Shown here: positions 1 through 9,358 of the stretch, piece after piece
Numbering within the stretch: the first letter of the stretch is position 1
Layout of the letters: the number at the start of each line of letters is the position of its first letter
Source of the DNA: Desulfosalsimonadaceae bacterium
GTDB lineage: Bacteria; Desulfobacterota; Desulfobacteria; Desulfobacterales; Desulfosalsimonadaceae
Assembly (NCBI GenBank): GCA_046482325.1
Contig: JAWOFF010000107.1
Coordinates: 1,244 to 65,243 of the forward strand
DNA length: 64,000 nt
Reading direction: 5' to 3'
The notes under the pieces: model-generated
What the model was told of the DNA's origin: nothing
The model's database searches: none
Seen by the model: the letters and a program-made list of their open reading frames with translations, nothing else
Translations under genes and position numbers: made by a program

Positions 1-2
1 AG

Positions 3-494
3 GTCAGTCCAAGTCAGGCCCTGCTTGATCTGCAGGTACAAAACGGCGGCAGAAGCAAAACCACTGTGATGATCAAAGAACTGCAGATGGATCCGGTAAA
101 ATTTAAATTTCTGCATGTTGATTTTTATGAAGTAAAAATGGACCAGCAGATCACCACCACCGTTCCGGTTGCTGCCGTGGGCACTTCTAAAGGAGTGGAA
201 GAAGGCGGCATTCTGCAGATCATCCGCAGGGAGCTGGAGGTAAACTGCCTGCCGGGCGATATCCCGGAACAGGTGGAAATTGACATCACGGATCTGGACT
301 TAGGCGACTCCGTTCATGTGGAAGACATCAGTCAGAGCGGAAAAATTGAGATTCCCTATGAAACCAATTTTACCATTCTGACGATTGTCAGCCCGGCCAT
401 GGAAAAAGAAGAGGAACCAGAGGCTGAAGAGGGCGAAGAAGGTGAGGAAGCCGAAGGCGGCGAAGAAACGGGCGGAGAAGGGGAAGAAGAATAG
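3..494 (+). CDS. rplY: 50S ribosomal protein L25 (Ctc form), N-terminus cut by window edge, acidic E/G-rich C-terminal tail
   Basis: The frame of track ORF 66..494 stays open back to nt 3. Ctc-type sequence is present (VPVAAVGTSKGVEEGGILQ, LEVNCLPGDIPE). pth follows directly, a common arrangement. Confidence 0.85.
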   Translation, partial: VSPSQALLDLQVQNGGRSKTTVMIKELQMDPVKFKFLHVDFYEVKMDQQITTTVPVAAVGTSKGVEEGGILQIIRRELEVNCLPGDIPEQVEIDITDLDLGDSVHVEDISQSGKIEIPYETNFTILTIVSPAMEKEEEPEAEEGEEGEEAEGGEETGGEGEEE

Positions 495-538
495 CCGCCC
501 CGCCCGGGCAGCCGGCCCTTCTTTTCTGCAGTAAAACG

Positions 539-1108
539 ATGAGTAAAGCTCTCTGGTTGATAGCCGGCCTTGGCAACCCCGGCCGCAGGTATGCCCGCTC
601 CCGGCACAATGCGGGATTTATGGCGGCCGACCGCATCGCGCGGAGGTGGGGGGTGCAGATGGGACGCAACAAATTTGATGCGGACTTCGGGACGGGAAAA
701 ATTGACGGGACCGATGCGGTTTTGATAAAACCTATAACATATATGAACCGCAGCGGAGTTGCGATCAGCCGTGCAGCCGGTTTTTTTCAGATACCTTTGG
801 ATCATGTGCTGGTGATCCACGATGATATTGATATTGGATATGGACAAATCAAAATCAAAAAGAAAGGAGGGCATGGAGGACATAACGGCTTGCGGTCTAT
901 CAAAGATGCCTTTGGCTCCGGGGATTTCCCCCGGATCAAGGTGGGCATCGGTCGCCCCGATGAACCAATGGCGATAAGTGACTATGTTCTGGGGAATTTT
1001 TCTGCCAGCGAACTTGCGGACTTTGAGCCGGTGCTGGATCAAACGGCAGAAGCTGCGGCTGTAATTCTGCTGCAAGGTACGGACCAAGGCATGAACCGTT
1101 TCAATTAA
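539..1108 (+). CDS. pth: peptidyl-tRNA hydrolase
   Basis: 189 aa with the LIAGLGNPG..Y..SRHNAGF N-terminus and a GGHGGHNGLRSI motif. Confidence 0.95.
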   Translation: MSKALWLIAGLGNPGRRYARSRHNAGFMAADRIARRWGVQMGRNKFDADFGTGKIDGTDAVLIKPITYMNRSGVAISRAAGFFQIPLDHVLVIHDDIDIGYGQIKIKKKGGHGGHNGLRSIKDAFGSGDFPRIKVGIGRPDEPMAISDYVLGNFSASELADFEPVLDQTAEAAAVILLQGTDQGMNRFN

Positions 1109-1115
1109 CGTTATC

Positions 1116-1282
1116 CAAGGTATGATGCTCTCGTAAAAAGTCAATTTGGGATGGCAAAGTAAAAAGTTCAAGATCAAGGCGACGCAAATCCCGAGGAATG
1201 CAGCGTACATAGGAGTACGTGAAATTCCGAGGGATACAGCGCAACGCAGATATTGGACTTTTTACAAAGCCATCAAGGTATG
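1116..1282. mobile_element. MITE-like element: 149-bp body (1125..1273) with imperfect terminal inverted repeats, flanked by 9-bp direct repeats CAAGGTATG
   Basis: Direct repeats CAAGGTATG lie at 1116..1124 and 1274..1282. The left end ATGCTCTCGTAAAAAGTCAAT (1125..1145) matches the reverse complement of the right end ATGGCTTTGTAAAAAGTCCAAT (1252..1273) at about 17 of 22 positions. Internal repeats are GTAAAAAGT(T)CAA (1133, 1159, inverted at 1253) and AAATCCCGAGGAATGCAGCG / AAATTCCGAGGGATACAGCG. Confidence 0.45.
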
Positions 1283-1315
1283 TTTTTTTAACTGATTAGT
1301 TAAGGGAGGGTTGAC

Positions 1316-3385
1316 ATGGAATGGATATTGAATAATATCCCGCTGAGTTGCACAATTGTTGGATTTATTGGAATTGCGTATTCGCTTATTGTGGCCGGAG
1401 CTATTAAAAAAGCTCCGAAAGGCGATCCCAAAATGATCGAAATCGCCAATGCCATTGAGGAGGGCTCCATTGCCTACCTGAATCGGCAGATGAAAAGCAT
1501 GGCGATTGTCGGGATCATTATTTTCGTGCTAATTTTTCTGGGCCTGGGCGCAAAAACGGCCGTAGGCTTTTTGGTGGGTGCAGTAGCCTCCTATCTCGCC
1601 GGCTATATCGGCATGCGGGTCTCAGTGCTGGCAAATCTCCGGGTGGCCGAAGCCTGTAAAAAAGGGCTGGCAGCGGGCCTGAGCCTGGCCTTCAAAGGCG
1701 GCTCGGTTACCGGCATGCTGGTGGCGGGCCTTGCCCTTGCCTCCATCGCCGGCTTCTTTACCTACATGACCGCCAGCAGCCCGCAGGACATGCCGCTTGT
1801 TGAACAGGTAGTTCCCCTTGTTGCACTCGGCTTCGGCGGCAGTCTGGTCTCCATCTTTGCCAGGCTCGGGGGCGGCATTTTTACCAAAGGTGCCGACGTG
1901 GGCGCCGACCTGGTCGGCAAAGTTGAAGCCGGCATTCCCGAGGACGATCCCCGCAACCCGGCCACCATTGCTGACAATGTGGGCGATAACGTGGGCGATT
2001 GTGCCGGTATGGCAGCCGACCTTTTCGAGACATACGCGGTAACCGTTGTCGCAGCCATGCTGCTGGGAGCGCTGATCTTTGCAGAAAACACCATGGCAGT
2101 TCACTTTCCGCTGCTGCTGGGCGCGGTATCCATTATTGCCTCCATCATCGCCACTTTCTTTGTCCGGATGGGCAAAAGTGAATACATCATGGGCGCCCTG
2201 TACAAAGGAATGTTCGGAGCCGCCATTCTGGCAGCCATTGCATTCTACTTTGTAACAACAAGCATTATGACAGAAATGAACGGCATCCCGGCCATCAACC
2301 TGTTTTACTCTGCGCTGATCGGTCTGGTTTTGACCGTTATCATCGTTATTATCACCGAGTATTATACCGGCACATACAAACCGGTTAAAGGCATTGCAGA
2401 AGCCTCCACCACCGGCCACGGCACCAACATTATCGCTGGTCTTGCAGTAAGTCTGCAGTCCACCGCAGCCCCGGTGTTTGCAATCTGTATAGCTATCGGC
2501 CTTGCTTACGGATTTGCCGGACTCTACGGCATCGCCATTGCCACAGTGGCAATGCTGTCCATGACCGGTATGGTTATCGCCATTGACGCTTACGGCCCGA
2601 TCACCGACAATGCCGGCGGGATTGCCGAAATGGCGGAAATGGACGACTCCGTGCGCGCTGTCACCGACCCCCTCGACGCAGTCGGCAACACCACCAAGGC
2701 GGTTACCAAGGGCTATGCCATCGGCTCCGCCGGGCTCGCCGCACTGGTTCTGTTCGCCTCCTATACGCAGGAATTTGTCCTGCAAGCAGAAAAAGCAGCC
2801 GAGGAATCAGGCGGTCTTGCCGAAACGATCTCCTTTGATCTCTCCAATGTGGACGTTATCATCGGGCTCTTCCTCGGCGGACTGCTGCCTTACCTGTTCG
2901 GCTCCATGGCCATGCAGGCAGTGGGACGCGCCGGCAGCGCTGTTGTTGACGAAGTCCGCCGCCAGTTCCGCGAACTGCCGGGAATCATGGAAGGCACTGC
3001 CAAACCGGATTATCACACCTGTGTGGACATTGTCACCAAACACGCTCTCAAAGAAATGATGGTTCCCGCACTACTGCCGGTCGTTGCACCGATACTGGTC
3101 GGCTTCCTGCTGGGCAAAGTAGCGCTCGGCGGCCTTTTGATCGGCTCCATTATCACCGGTCTGTTTGTGGCCATTTCCATGACCACCGGCGGCGCCGCCT
3201 GGGATAACGCTAAAAAATACATTGAAGACGGCTTTTTCGGCGGCAAGGGAAGTGATGCACATAAAGCAGCTGTTACCGGCGATACAGTCGGCGACCCGTA
3301 CAAGGATACGGCAGGTCCGGCAATCAACCCCATGATCAAGATCCTCAATGTTGTGGCTCTGCTCATGGTGCCGTTTTTGATGTAA
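1316..3385 (+). CDS. hppA: membrane-bound proton-translocating pyrophosphatase, K+-independent type
   Basis: 689 aa and TM-rich, with [27 protein letters not shown] and [21 protein letters not shown] motifs. [10 protein letters not shown] carries Lys rather than Ala, the K+-independent signature. SD GGGAGGG lies upstream. Confidence 0.95.
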   Translation: MEWILNNIPLSCTIVGFIGIAYSLIVAGAIKKAPKGDPKMIEIANAIEEGSIAYLNRQMKSMAIVGIIIFVLIFLGLGAKTAVGFLVGAVASYLAGYIGMRVSVLANLRVAEACKKGLAAGLSLAFKGGSVTGMLVAGLALASIAGFFTYMTASSPQDMPLVEQVVPLVALGFGGSLVSIFARLGGGIFTKGADVGADLVGKVEAGIPEDDPRNPATIADNVGDNVGDCAGMAADLFETYAVTVVAAMLLGALIFAENTMAVHFPLLLGAVSIIASIIATFFVRMGKSEYIMGALYKGMFGAAILAAIAFYFVTTSIMTEMNGIPAINLFYSALIGLVLTVIIVIITEYYTGTYKPVKGIAEASTTGHGTNIIAGLAVSLQSTAAPVFAICIAIGLAYGFAGLYGIAIATVAMLSMTGMVIAIDAYGPITDNAGGIAEMAEMDDSVRAVTDPLDAVGNTTKAVTKGYAIGSAGLAALVLFASYTQEFVLQAEKAAEESGGLAETISFDLSNVDVIIGLFLGGLLPYLFGSMAMQAVGRAGSAVVDEVRRQFRELPGIMEGTAKPDYHTCVDIVTKHALKEMMVPALLPVVAPILVGFLLGKVALGGLLIGSIITGLFVAISMTTGGAAWDNAKKYIEDGFFGGKGSDAHKAAVTGDTVGDPYKDTAGPAINPMIKILNVVALLMVPFLM

Positions 3386-3416
3386 TTTGCAGTACGTGAC
3401 TTGAATGCAACTGGAA

Positions 3417-3454
3417 GAGGGGTTACGGAGCAATCCGTCAACCCCTCTTTTTTT
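3417..3454 (+). terminator. rho-independent terminator of hppA
   Basis: GAGGGGTT (3417..3424) pairs with AACCCCTC (3440..3447). An inner ACGGA/TCCGT pairing is also possible. A T7 run follows at 3448..3454. Confidence 0.8.
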
Positions 3455-3455
3455 A

Positions 3456-3484
3456 TTGAATCAAGCCGCAAAAGATGGTATAAA
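3456..3484 (+). promoter_or_regulatory. candidate sigma70 promoter of carD
   Basis: TTGAAT (3456..3461), a 17-nt spacer, then TGgTATAAA (extended -10, hexamer 3479..3484), about 50 nt upstream of the carD ATG. Confidence 0.45.
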
Positions 3485-3533
3485 AATATTTTATGCAAAG
3501 AAACCATCAAAAGCACTTTAGTGGTGAATTGTT

Positions 3534-4073
3534 ATGGCCAAAAAAGCGGAAGCCCAGAAACAGAACTTTAAGGAATTTGAGGTGGGGGATCTTGCGGTAT
3601 ATCCGGCACACGGCGTAGGACGCATCGAATCCATTGAAAGCCGGACCATTAACGGAGATAAACACAACTTCTATATTATGAAGATCATTGACAACGGCAT
3701 GGTGATTATGATCCCCACCAACAATGTCGAGTCAGTCGGTCTTCGCGAGGTAATCCGGGAAGACGAGATCCCGGAAATCTACTCCGTGCTGAGACAGAAA
3801 AAAGAAGACATCTTCGACAACCAGACATGGAACCGGCGGTATAAGGAATACATGGATAAGATCAAAACCGGCTCGCTCTACGATGTTGCCGAGGTATTCC
3901 GGGATCTTTTTGTGCTGAAACTAGCGAAGGACCTGTCTTTTGGCGAACGCAAGCTGCTGGACACAGCCCGGGGACTGCTGCTCAGGGAGCTCTGCATTGC
4001 CAGGGATGCCGATGAGACAGCCACCTGGAACGAAATCGAATCCCTGTTTACACCCCCTGCCCAATCGCAGTAA
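3534..4073 (+). CDS. carD: CarD/CdnL-family RNA-polymerase-binding transcription regulator
   Basis: 179 aa. The N-terminal FEVGDLAVYPAHGVGRIESIE...NFYIMKI matches the CarD_CdnL_TRCF domain. Confidence 0.9.
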   Translation: MAKKAEAQKQNFKEFEVGDLAVYPAHGVGRIESIESRTINGDKHNFYIMKIIDNGMVIMIPTNNVESVGLREVIREDEIPEIYSVLRQKKEDIFDNQTWNRRYKEYMDKIKTGSLYDVAEVFRDLFVLKLAKDLSFGERKLLDTARGLLLRELCIARDADETATWNEIESLFTPPAQSQ

Positions 4074-4080
4074 TTTCTCC

Positions 4081-5106
4081 ATGAATGGCGGGAGGGACTT
4101 TACGTTCCAGTTCCATGCCGAAGCCGATGCAGGCAGGAGGCTGGATATCCTGACTGCCGAGCGACACCCTCAGTTGTCTCGCAGCACCGCAGCCCGCCTA
4201 ATCCGTGAGGGACGCATCCGCGTCAACGGCAAGCCGTGCAAGCCCGGCTATAAGCCTGCGCCAGGGGACAGGATAAGCGGTGAAATCTTCGAACCCGTCA
4301 AGGAGGCCCTCCCTCTTGAGGCCGAGGCCATCGATCTTGACGTCATCTTTGCGGATGCGCACTGCCTGGCTGTAAACAAGCCTCCTGCAATGGTTGTGCA
4401 TCCCTCCCCCGGACACACCGTCGGAACTTTTGCCGGCGCTCTGCTCTACCATTTTCCGGAAATCCAGGGGGTAGGCACCGCGGCAGAGCGGCCGGGAATT
4501 GTACACCGCCTGGACAAAGACACCTCCGGGCTTATCCTTGCTGCAAAAACCCCTTCCGCCTTTCAAAACCTGACTGAACAATTCAAAAAGCGCCGTATTG
4601 AAAAACACTATCTGGCCCTGACCTATGGACGGCCGCCGCAGGAGAGCGGACGCATTGATCTGCCCATAGGCCGCCACCGGGAGGACAGGAAAAAAATGTC
4701 CGCCAGAAGGCACACAAAGGCCCGGCACGCCTTAACCTTCTGGCGGCTTTGCTGTTTCTGGGAGGGGATCTCGCTTATAGAATACCGGATAGCAACCGGC
4801 CGTACCCATCAGATCCGGGTACACAGTTCCGCCATAGGCTGCCCCATTGTAGGCGACAGAGTATATGGCCCGAAAAAGCCTTCCAGGCTTTTGCACAACC
4901 CGAGACTCCGGAATGTTAGCCAGGCGGCGTCGCGCCAGATGCTGCACGCCTGGAAGCTGCGCTTTATGCACCCGGAAAGCGGAAGTCCGGTCTGTATCCA
5001 GGCGGAGCCGGCTGCGGATATGCAGTTGATACTGGAGAGGCTGCGTGAAGAGTCCGGCCGGGACTGCTTTACAAAAACAACGGTCATCGGGCCGGAGGAT
5101 CATTAG
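4081..5106 (+). CDS. rluD: RluA/RluD-family 23S rRNA pseudouridine synthase
   Basis: S4-like N-terminus (RLDILTAE...AARLIREGRIRVNGK) and catalytic GIVHRLDKDTSG. The start is set at ATG 4081, just after the carD stop, rather than the track start at 3940, which overlaps carD. Confidence 0.85.
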   Translation: MNGGRDFTFQFHAEADAGRRLDILTAERHPQLSRSTAARLIREGRIRVNGKPCKPGYKPAPGDRISGEIFEPVKEALPLEAEAIDLDVIFADAHCLAVNKPPAMVVHPSPGHTVGTFAGALLYHFPEIQGVGTAAERPGIVHRLDKDTSGLILAAKTPSAFQNLTEQFKKRRIEKHYLALTYGRPPQESGRIDLPIGRHREDRKKMSARRHTKARHALTFWRLCCFWEGISLIEYRIATGRTHQIRVHSSAIGCPIVGDRVYGPKKPSRLLHNPRLRNVSQAASRQMLHAWKLRFMHPESGSPVCIQAEPAADMQLILERLREESGRDCFTKTTVIGPEDH

Positions 5107-5132
5107 CCTGTCCCCTTAATAGAGGCCGGGCA

Positions 5133-5705
5133 TTATCCCTTGCGTCTTAGCGCCAGGGTACACCGCTTATCCTCTTTATCAAAGGTTAGAACGATCTCCT
5201 GGTCATCGCCCTTATTCTCCGCCAATTGCCTGTACCTACTCTTGATTCGCCTTTCGAACTCCTCGGGCGACTCCTGGTTCCCGCCTCCGAATTCATCCAG
5301 TTTCTTTTGCTGAAAATTCCAGAATGACCTCATTGAAGGGGAACTGGGGCCCCGGGGCTGTTCGGATTCCGGCTGTGATGAGGGCTCATTCAGGCCGGCT
5401 CCAAACTGTCGTCCCTGTCGATAGGCTGCCTCGGCGTTCTCCCAAAGCTGCTGCCAGGCCTTTTGATGATAATAGACCTTCCACTGCAGGTTATCCAACT
5501 GGTATTCAAGCTGCTTGGTGGAAACTACGGGGGGAACCCTGTAGCGCTGAATTTTTTCGACAAGTTCCATATGGCGGGGGTGCGGTTTGTTCCGCCGATC
5601 TGCCAGATAAGCTCTCAGCTTGCCATCCATGGCTTCCACCTGCCTCTCCAGCTCAGTAAGTTCTTTTTCCACCGCTGTTCGCCTTTGCTCTGTTGATTCA
5701 GCCAT
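5133..5705 (-). CDS. hypothetical protein with a coiled-coil N-terminus
   Basis: 190-aa ORF in an otherwise unoccupied region. Charged heptad-like N-terminus (EKELTELERQVEAMDGKL). I recognise no family. Confidence 0.55.
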   Translation of the reverse strand: MAESTEQRRTAVEKELTELERQVEAMDGKLRAYLADRRNKPHPRHMELVEKIQRYRVPPVVSTKQLEYQLDNLQWKVYYHQKAWQQLWENAEAAYRQGRQFGAGLNEPSSQPESEQPRGPSSPSMRSFWNFQQKKLDEFGGGNQESPEEFERRIKSRYRQLAENKGDDQEIVLTFDKEDKRCTLALRRKG

Positions 5706-5969
5706 AGCATCCAGCCCCTACGCATTTCGTATTTTTAGCCCATCAAATATTCATTAGAATACAAGGAGTTACCCAAGGCTGCGCCTATTTCCCTCTATCA
5801 GTTCCGGCTCAAATTGTAAAGCAGGGGCCTGGCCGGCCACTGGCACAAAAAAAGCGCGCCGTTTGCCGTAAAAGGTAAAAACAGACGCGCCTTGCAGAAG
5901 AGGATATGGACGGCAAAACCGGCTTTCCTGCCATTAATTCCGCAATAACGGATGTTGGGGAAAAAAGTA

Positions 5970-8042
5970 CTACGAAGCCATTACATCCGGATTGTAGCAA
6001 AGCCTGCAGCAATCCAGACAGCGATCAGCTTCGGAAAGAGCGCTTTGTTCGCTGATTACCAGATCTACCTCATCAAAGGTATGAATCCGCTCGGAAACAG
6101 GCAATTCGGGGGTTTGCACGCGCCGCCGGTCCCGTTTTACACCTTCCACCGAATCAAAAATGGTTTCCTGGATGTGTTTGTTCAAGATCGCCTTCGGCTC
6201 CGGAGTTACAGGCTTGTTTCGCAAAAACAGATTGATGGAGCGGGCAGCCTTGCGTCCCCCGCCGATGGCGTCAACAACAAGCGCCGGTCCGGTTGCGGCG
6301 TCACCCGCAGCAAAAATATAGGGCACATTGGTCTGATGGGTGGCGGGGTCCACCTCGAAAGTGTTCCAGCGGGTCATGGACAAATCATCCAGCCGGTCGC
6401 CCTTCCCACGGAATTCAGCCAGCGGCGCCTGGCCTATGGCCGTAATGATGGTTTCAACCTCCAGCACCGTCTCTGAGCCCTCAATGGGAACCGGCCGTCG
6501 CCGTCCACTGGCATCCGGCTCACCAAGTTCCATTTTTAAATACTCCAGTCCGCAGACCCTTTCCTGTTCATCGCCCATCACGCGGTTGGGAGACGCCAAA
6601 AAAATATACTCAATGCCCTCATGTTCAGCAGCCTCTATTTCCACGTCATTTGCGGGCATCTCATTTCGTGTGCGGCGATAAACCAGGTAAACCTTTTCAC
6701 AGCCCTTGCGCACGAGGGTTCTCGCACAGTCAATAGCCGTATTGCCGCCCCCGATAACAGCGGCGCGCCTGCCAACGGCAACGGACTCTTCATTGCCGAC
6801 CCGGGAAAGAAAGTCAATCCCTGTAAAGCATCCGGGCAGATTCTCTCCCGGGATCTTTAACTGATAATCGTTCCATGCTCCGATGCTGAAAAATACGGCG
6901 TCGAAACCTGCGGCAATCAGGGATCCAAATTCAAAATCGCGCCCAAGCCGGACGTTGGTGTGATGCTCAATGCCGGTGTTTAAGATCCCCTCGATCTCCC
7001 AGTCCAGGACTTTTTTGGGCAGACGGTATTCAGGAATCCCATAGCGCAGCATGCCTCCCAGCCGGGGCATAGCCTCGAATATGCCGGGATGATGCCCGAC
7101 CCTGCGCAGAAAATACGCACAGCTCAATCCTGCCGGTCCTCCGCCAATCACCGCCACCCGTTTTCCGGTATCCGGGGCGGTCTCAATAGGTATACGCCTG
7201 CCGGCGTTCATTTCATAGTCTGCGACAAAACGCTTGAGGTGATTGATGGCTACCGGCTCATCCTCAATGCCCCGGCGGCACCAGGACTCACAGGGATGGG
7301 GGCAAACCCTGCCGCAGGTCAGCAGAAGGGGATTTCGCTCCCGGATTGTATTGACTGCTTCTTCATACTCACCGGTTTTGATATGCTGAATATAACGGGG
7401 AATGTCAATTTCTGCGGGGCAGGTCTGCGCACAGGGAGCCACGGCATCCTCAGTTGTGTTTAAATGCAGCAGGCGCTCGGACATGGTCCGCACCTTCAAA
7501 ATCGGCTTGGGACAGGCACGCTCACACGCTCCGCAGCCAACGCATTTCTCCTTGTTCACAACAGGATAGCCCTGCTCTCCCATCTTTATGGCATCAAAGG
7601 TGCAGGCCCGGATACAGTCGCCAAAACCCAGACAGCCGATCCAGCAATCCCTTTTGCCGCCGAACATGGCAGCTGCTGCTTTGCAGCTGTTTAGACCTTT
7701 ATAAAAAAACCGATCCGTAGCCCTGCTTCCGCCGGTGCAGTCATTATACGATTTCAGCGGCTCCGCGGATCCGGCTTCCAATCCCATAATCGCTGCGATT
7801 TCCGCCACATTTTCCGAACTGTTCAGTATACAGACCGAAGGAGGGGCTTCCCCTTTGACAATGGCCTCTGCAGCCGCGGCACAGCCGGTGTATCCGCATC
7901 CGCCGCAATTGGCGCCGGCCAGCAGACCTTCCACCTTGGCGATCCTCGGATCCTCATAGACATAGAATATGCGCGAAGCAAAACTCAGAGCCAATCCTAT
8001 AACAAGGCCGAGTCCCAGCGTAAAAAGTACAGATTCGAGCAC
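5970..8042 (-). CDS. rnfB: RnfB-like Fe-S subunit fused to a GltD/NfnB-like NAD(P)H-dependent FAD/Fe-S oxidoreductase
   Basis: 690 aa. It has an N-terminal TM helix, an RnfB-type CGGCGYTGC...C Fe-S domain and a ferredoxin domain (CVGCGACERACP), roughly nt 7475..8042. The rest is glutamate-synthase-small-chain-like: Cys-rich Fer4_20-like segment, VAVIGGGPAGLSCA (FAD) and AAVIGGGNTAIDCA (NAD(P)H). It is the last gene of the rnf operon. Confidence 0.85.
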   Translation of the reverse strand: MLESVLFTLGLGLVIGLALSFASRIFYVYEDPRIAKVEGLLAGANCGGCGYTGCAAAAEAIVKGEAPPSVCILNSSENVAEIAAIMGLEAGSAEPLKSYNDCTGGSRATDRFFYKGLNSCKAAAAMFGGKRDCWIGCLGFGDCIRACTFDAIKMGEQGYPVVNKEKCVGCGACERACPKPILKVRTMSERLLHLNTTEDAVAPCAQTCPAEIDIPRYIQHIKTGEYEEAVNTIRERNPLLLTCGRVCPHPCESWCRRGIEDEPVAINHLKRFVADYEMNAGRRIPIETAPDTGKRVAVIGGGPAGLSCAYFLRRVGHHPGIFEAMPRLGGMLRYGIPEYRLPKKVLDWEIEGILNTGIEHHTNVRLGRDFEFGSLIAAGFDAVFFSIGAWNDYQLKIPGENLPGCFTGIDFLSRVGNEESVAVGRRAAVIGGGNTAIDCARTLVRKGCEKVYLVYRRTRNEMPANDVEIEAAEHEGIEYIFLASPNRVMGDEQERVCGLEYLKMELGEPDASGRRRPVPIEGSETVLEVETIITAIGQAPLAEFRGKGDRLDDLSMTRWNTFEVDPATHQTNVPYIFAAGDAATGPALVVDAIGGGRKAARSINLFLRNKPVTPEPKAILNKHIQETIFDSVEGVKRDRRRVQTPELPVSERIHTFDEVDLVISEQSALSEADRCLDCCRLCYNPDVMAS

Positions 8043-8137
8043 GACTTTCCTCTTAATTGTTCAGAATTCCAGATTAGGCAGCGGAAGATGCCCCGCGCCT
8101 TGCAGCCCAGGCCAGTGGAGCAGGATGCACCCCGGCT

Positions 8138-8713
8138 TTATACCATCCCCTTGAAAGCCATAAATGCCAGGGATAAAACGCCTGCTGTTACCAGACCGAT
8201 AGAGGTATCCTGCAATGGTTTCGGCACCCTTGCCAGGATAATCCGTTCCCGCACACCGGCAAAGAGAATAAGGGCCAGCCCAAAGCCAAGGGCATAGGCG
8301 ATAGAAGCGATAAGCGCCTGCAGAAAGGTGTATTCCTCCTGCACGTTTATCAGGCAGACACCCATAACTGCGCAGTTTGTGGTAATAAGAGGCAGAAAAA
8401 TGCCAAGCCCTGCATACAGGGCGGGAATGCTTTTCTTGAGAAACATTTCAACAAATTGCACCAGCGATGCAATGACCAGAATAAAAGCAATGGTGCGCAA
8501 AAATTCAATGCCCAGGGTAGCCAGAAAACAGGTGTTTATCACCCAGGTGATAACACCGGCCATGACCATAACAAAGAGGACCGCCATGGCCATGCCCACG
8601 GCCGTCTCCATTTTTTTGGAAGTGCCCAGGAAAGGACAGTTCCCCAGATACTGCGCCAGCACAATGTTGTTTATAAAGATACAACTGATGACCAGAACAA
8701 AGATATCGCCCAT
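8138..8713 (-). CDS. rnfA: Rnf complex subunit A
   Basis: 191 aa, collinear with E. coli RsxA (FINNIVLAQYLGNCPFLG, GIFLPLITTNCAVMG, AGVLSLAFMAFKG). Confidence 0.95.
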   Translation of the reverse strand: MGDIFVLVISCIFINNIVLAQYLGNCPFLGTSKKMETAVGMAMAVLFVMVMAGVITWVINTCFLATLGIEFLRTIAFILVIASLVQFVEMFLKKSIPALYAGLGIFLPLITTNCAVMGVCLINVQEEYTFLQALIASIAYALGFGLALILFAGVRERIILARVPKPLQDTSIGLVTAGVLSLAFMAFKGMV

Positions 8714-8749
8714 TATTTAACTCCTGTGTGAACTTCCACCGCGCCGGCC

Positions 8750-9343
8750 TTAACGGCTTCCGGCCAGATTCATCAGGCAGAGCATGAGCCCGAGGCACAC
8801 AAATGCCCCGGGTGCTTCCACCATGAAGGTAAGAGGCTCAAATGAAGGACCGAAAACTTCCATCCCGTAAAACGTTCCTTCGCCCAGCACTTCACGCACA
8901 GCCCCCAGCGCTCCGAGCGAAAGGGTGAACCCGATGCCGATGCCGAGGCCATCTGCCACCGCGTACACCGGCTTGTGCTTGGAGGCAAAGGCCTCCGCCC
9001 GGCCGAGGACTACGCAATTAACAACAATCAGCGGAATAAAAATTCCCAGCTGCAGGTATAGGGGATAGGCAAAAGCCTGCATCAGCAGTTCCACCACTGT
9101 AACAAAAGTAGCAATGATGATGATATAGCAGGCGATACGGATTTTGGGTGGAATCACGTTGCGAAGCAGCGAAACCAGGAGGTTGGAGCAGACCAGCACA
9201 AAGGTCGTCGCAACACCCATTCCCAGACCGTTGGGTACGGATTTGGTCACCGCAAGGACCGGGCAGAGCCCGAGGACCAGACGAAAGGGTGGAATCTCCT
9301 CCCATAAGCCTTTGGTAAATTCCTGAGCCAGTGTCTTTGCCAT
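8750..9343 (-). CDS. rnfE: Rnf complex subunit E
   Basis: 197 aa with LVLGLCPVLAVT and GIFIPLIVVNCVVLGRAEAFA motifs. Confidence 0.95.
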   Translation of the reverse strand: MAKTLAQEFTKGLWEEIPPFRLVLGLCPVLAVTKSVPNGLGMGVATTFVLVCSNLLVSLLRNVIPPKIRIACYIIIIATFVTVVELLMQAFAYPLYLQLGIFIPLIVVNCVVLGRAEAFASKHKPVYAVADGLGIGIGFTLSLGALGAVREVLGEGTFYGMEVFGPSFEPLTFMVEAPGAFVCLGLMLCLMNLAGSR

Positions 9344-9358
9344 AATCTTTATTTCCTT

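Noticed and set aside
400-494. GAA/GGC-rich low-complexity DNA as a tandem repeat element
   Set aside because: It is simply the coding sequence of the acidic Glu/Gly tail of L25 and has no regular repeat unit.
356-1210. 284-aa minus-strand ORF spanning the rplY tail, pth and the repeat element
   Set aside because: It is antisense to two well-supported genes. Its Ser/Pro-rich N-terminal part mirrors the GAA/GGC-rich acidic tail of L25. No family resemblance.
1622-2785. 387-aa minus-strand ORF inside hppA
   Set aside because: This is an antisense shadow ORF of a GC-rich gene. The plus-strand product carries all the H+-PPase motifs.
3940-4080. N-terminal extension of the RluD ORF overlapping carD
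   Set aside because: It overlaps the carD 3' end in another frame. The conserved S4 domain begins after ATG 4081, which sits just after the carD stop.
5830-5969. Terminator after the rnfB fusion (minus-strand T7 run at about 5849..5855)
   Set aside because: I could find only a 5-bp GC stem with a loop of about 30 nt preceding the T-run, which is not convincing by eye.
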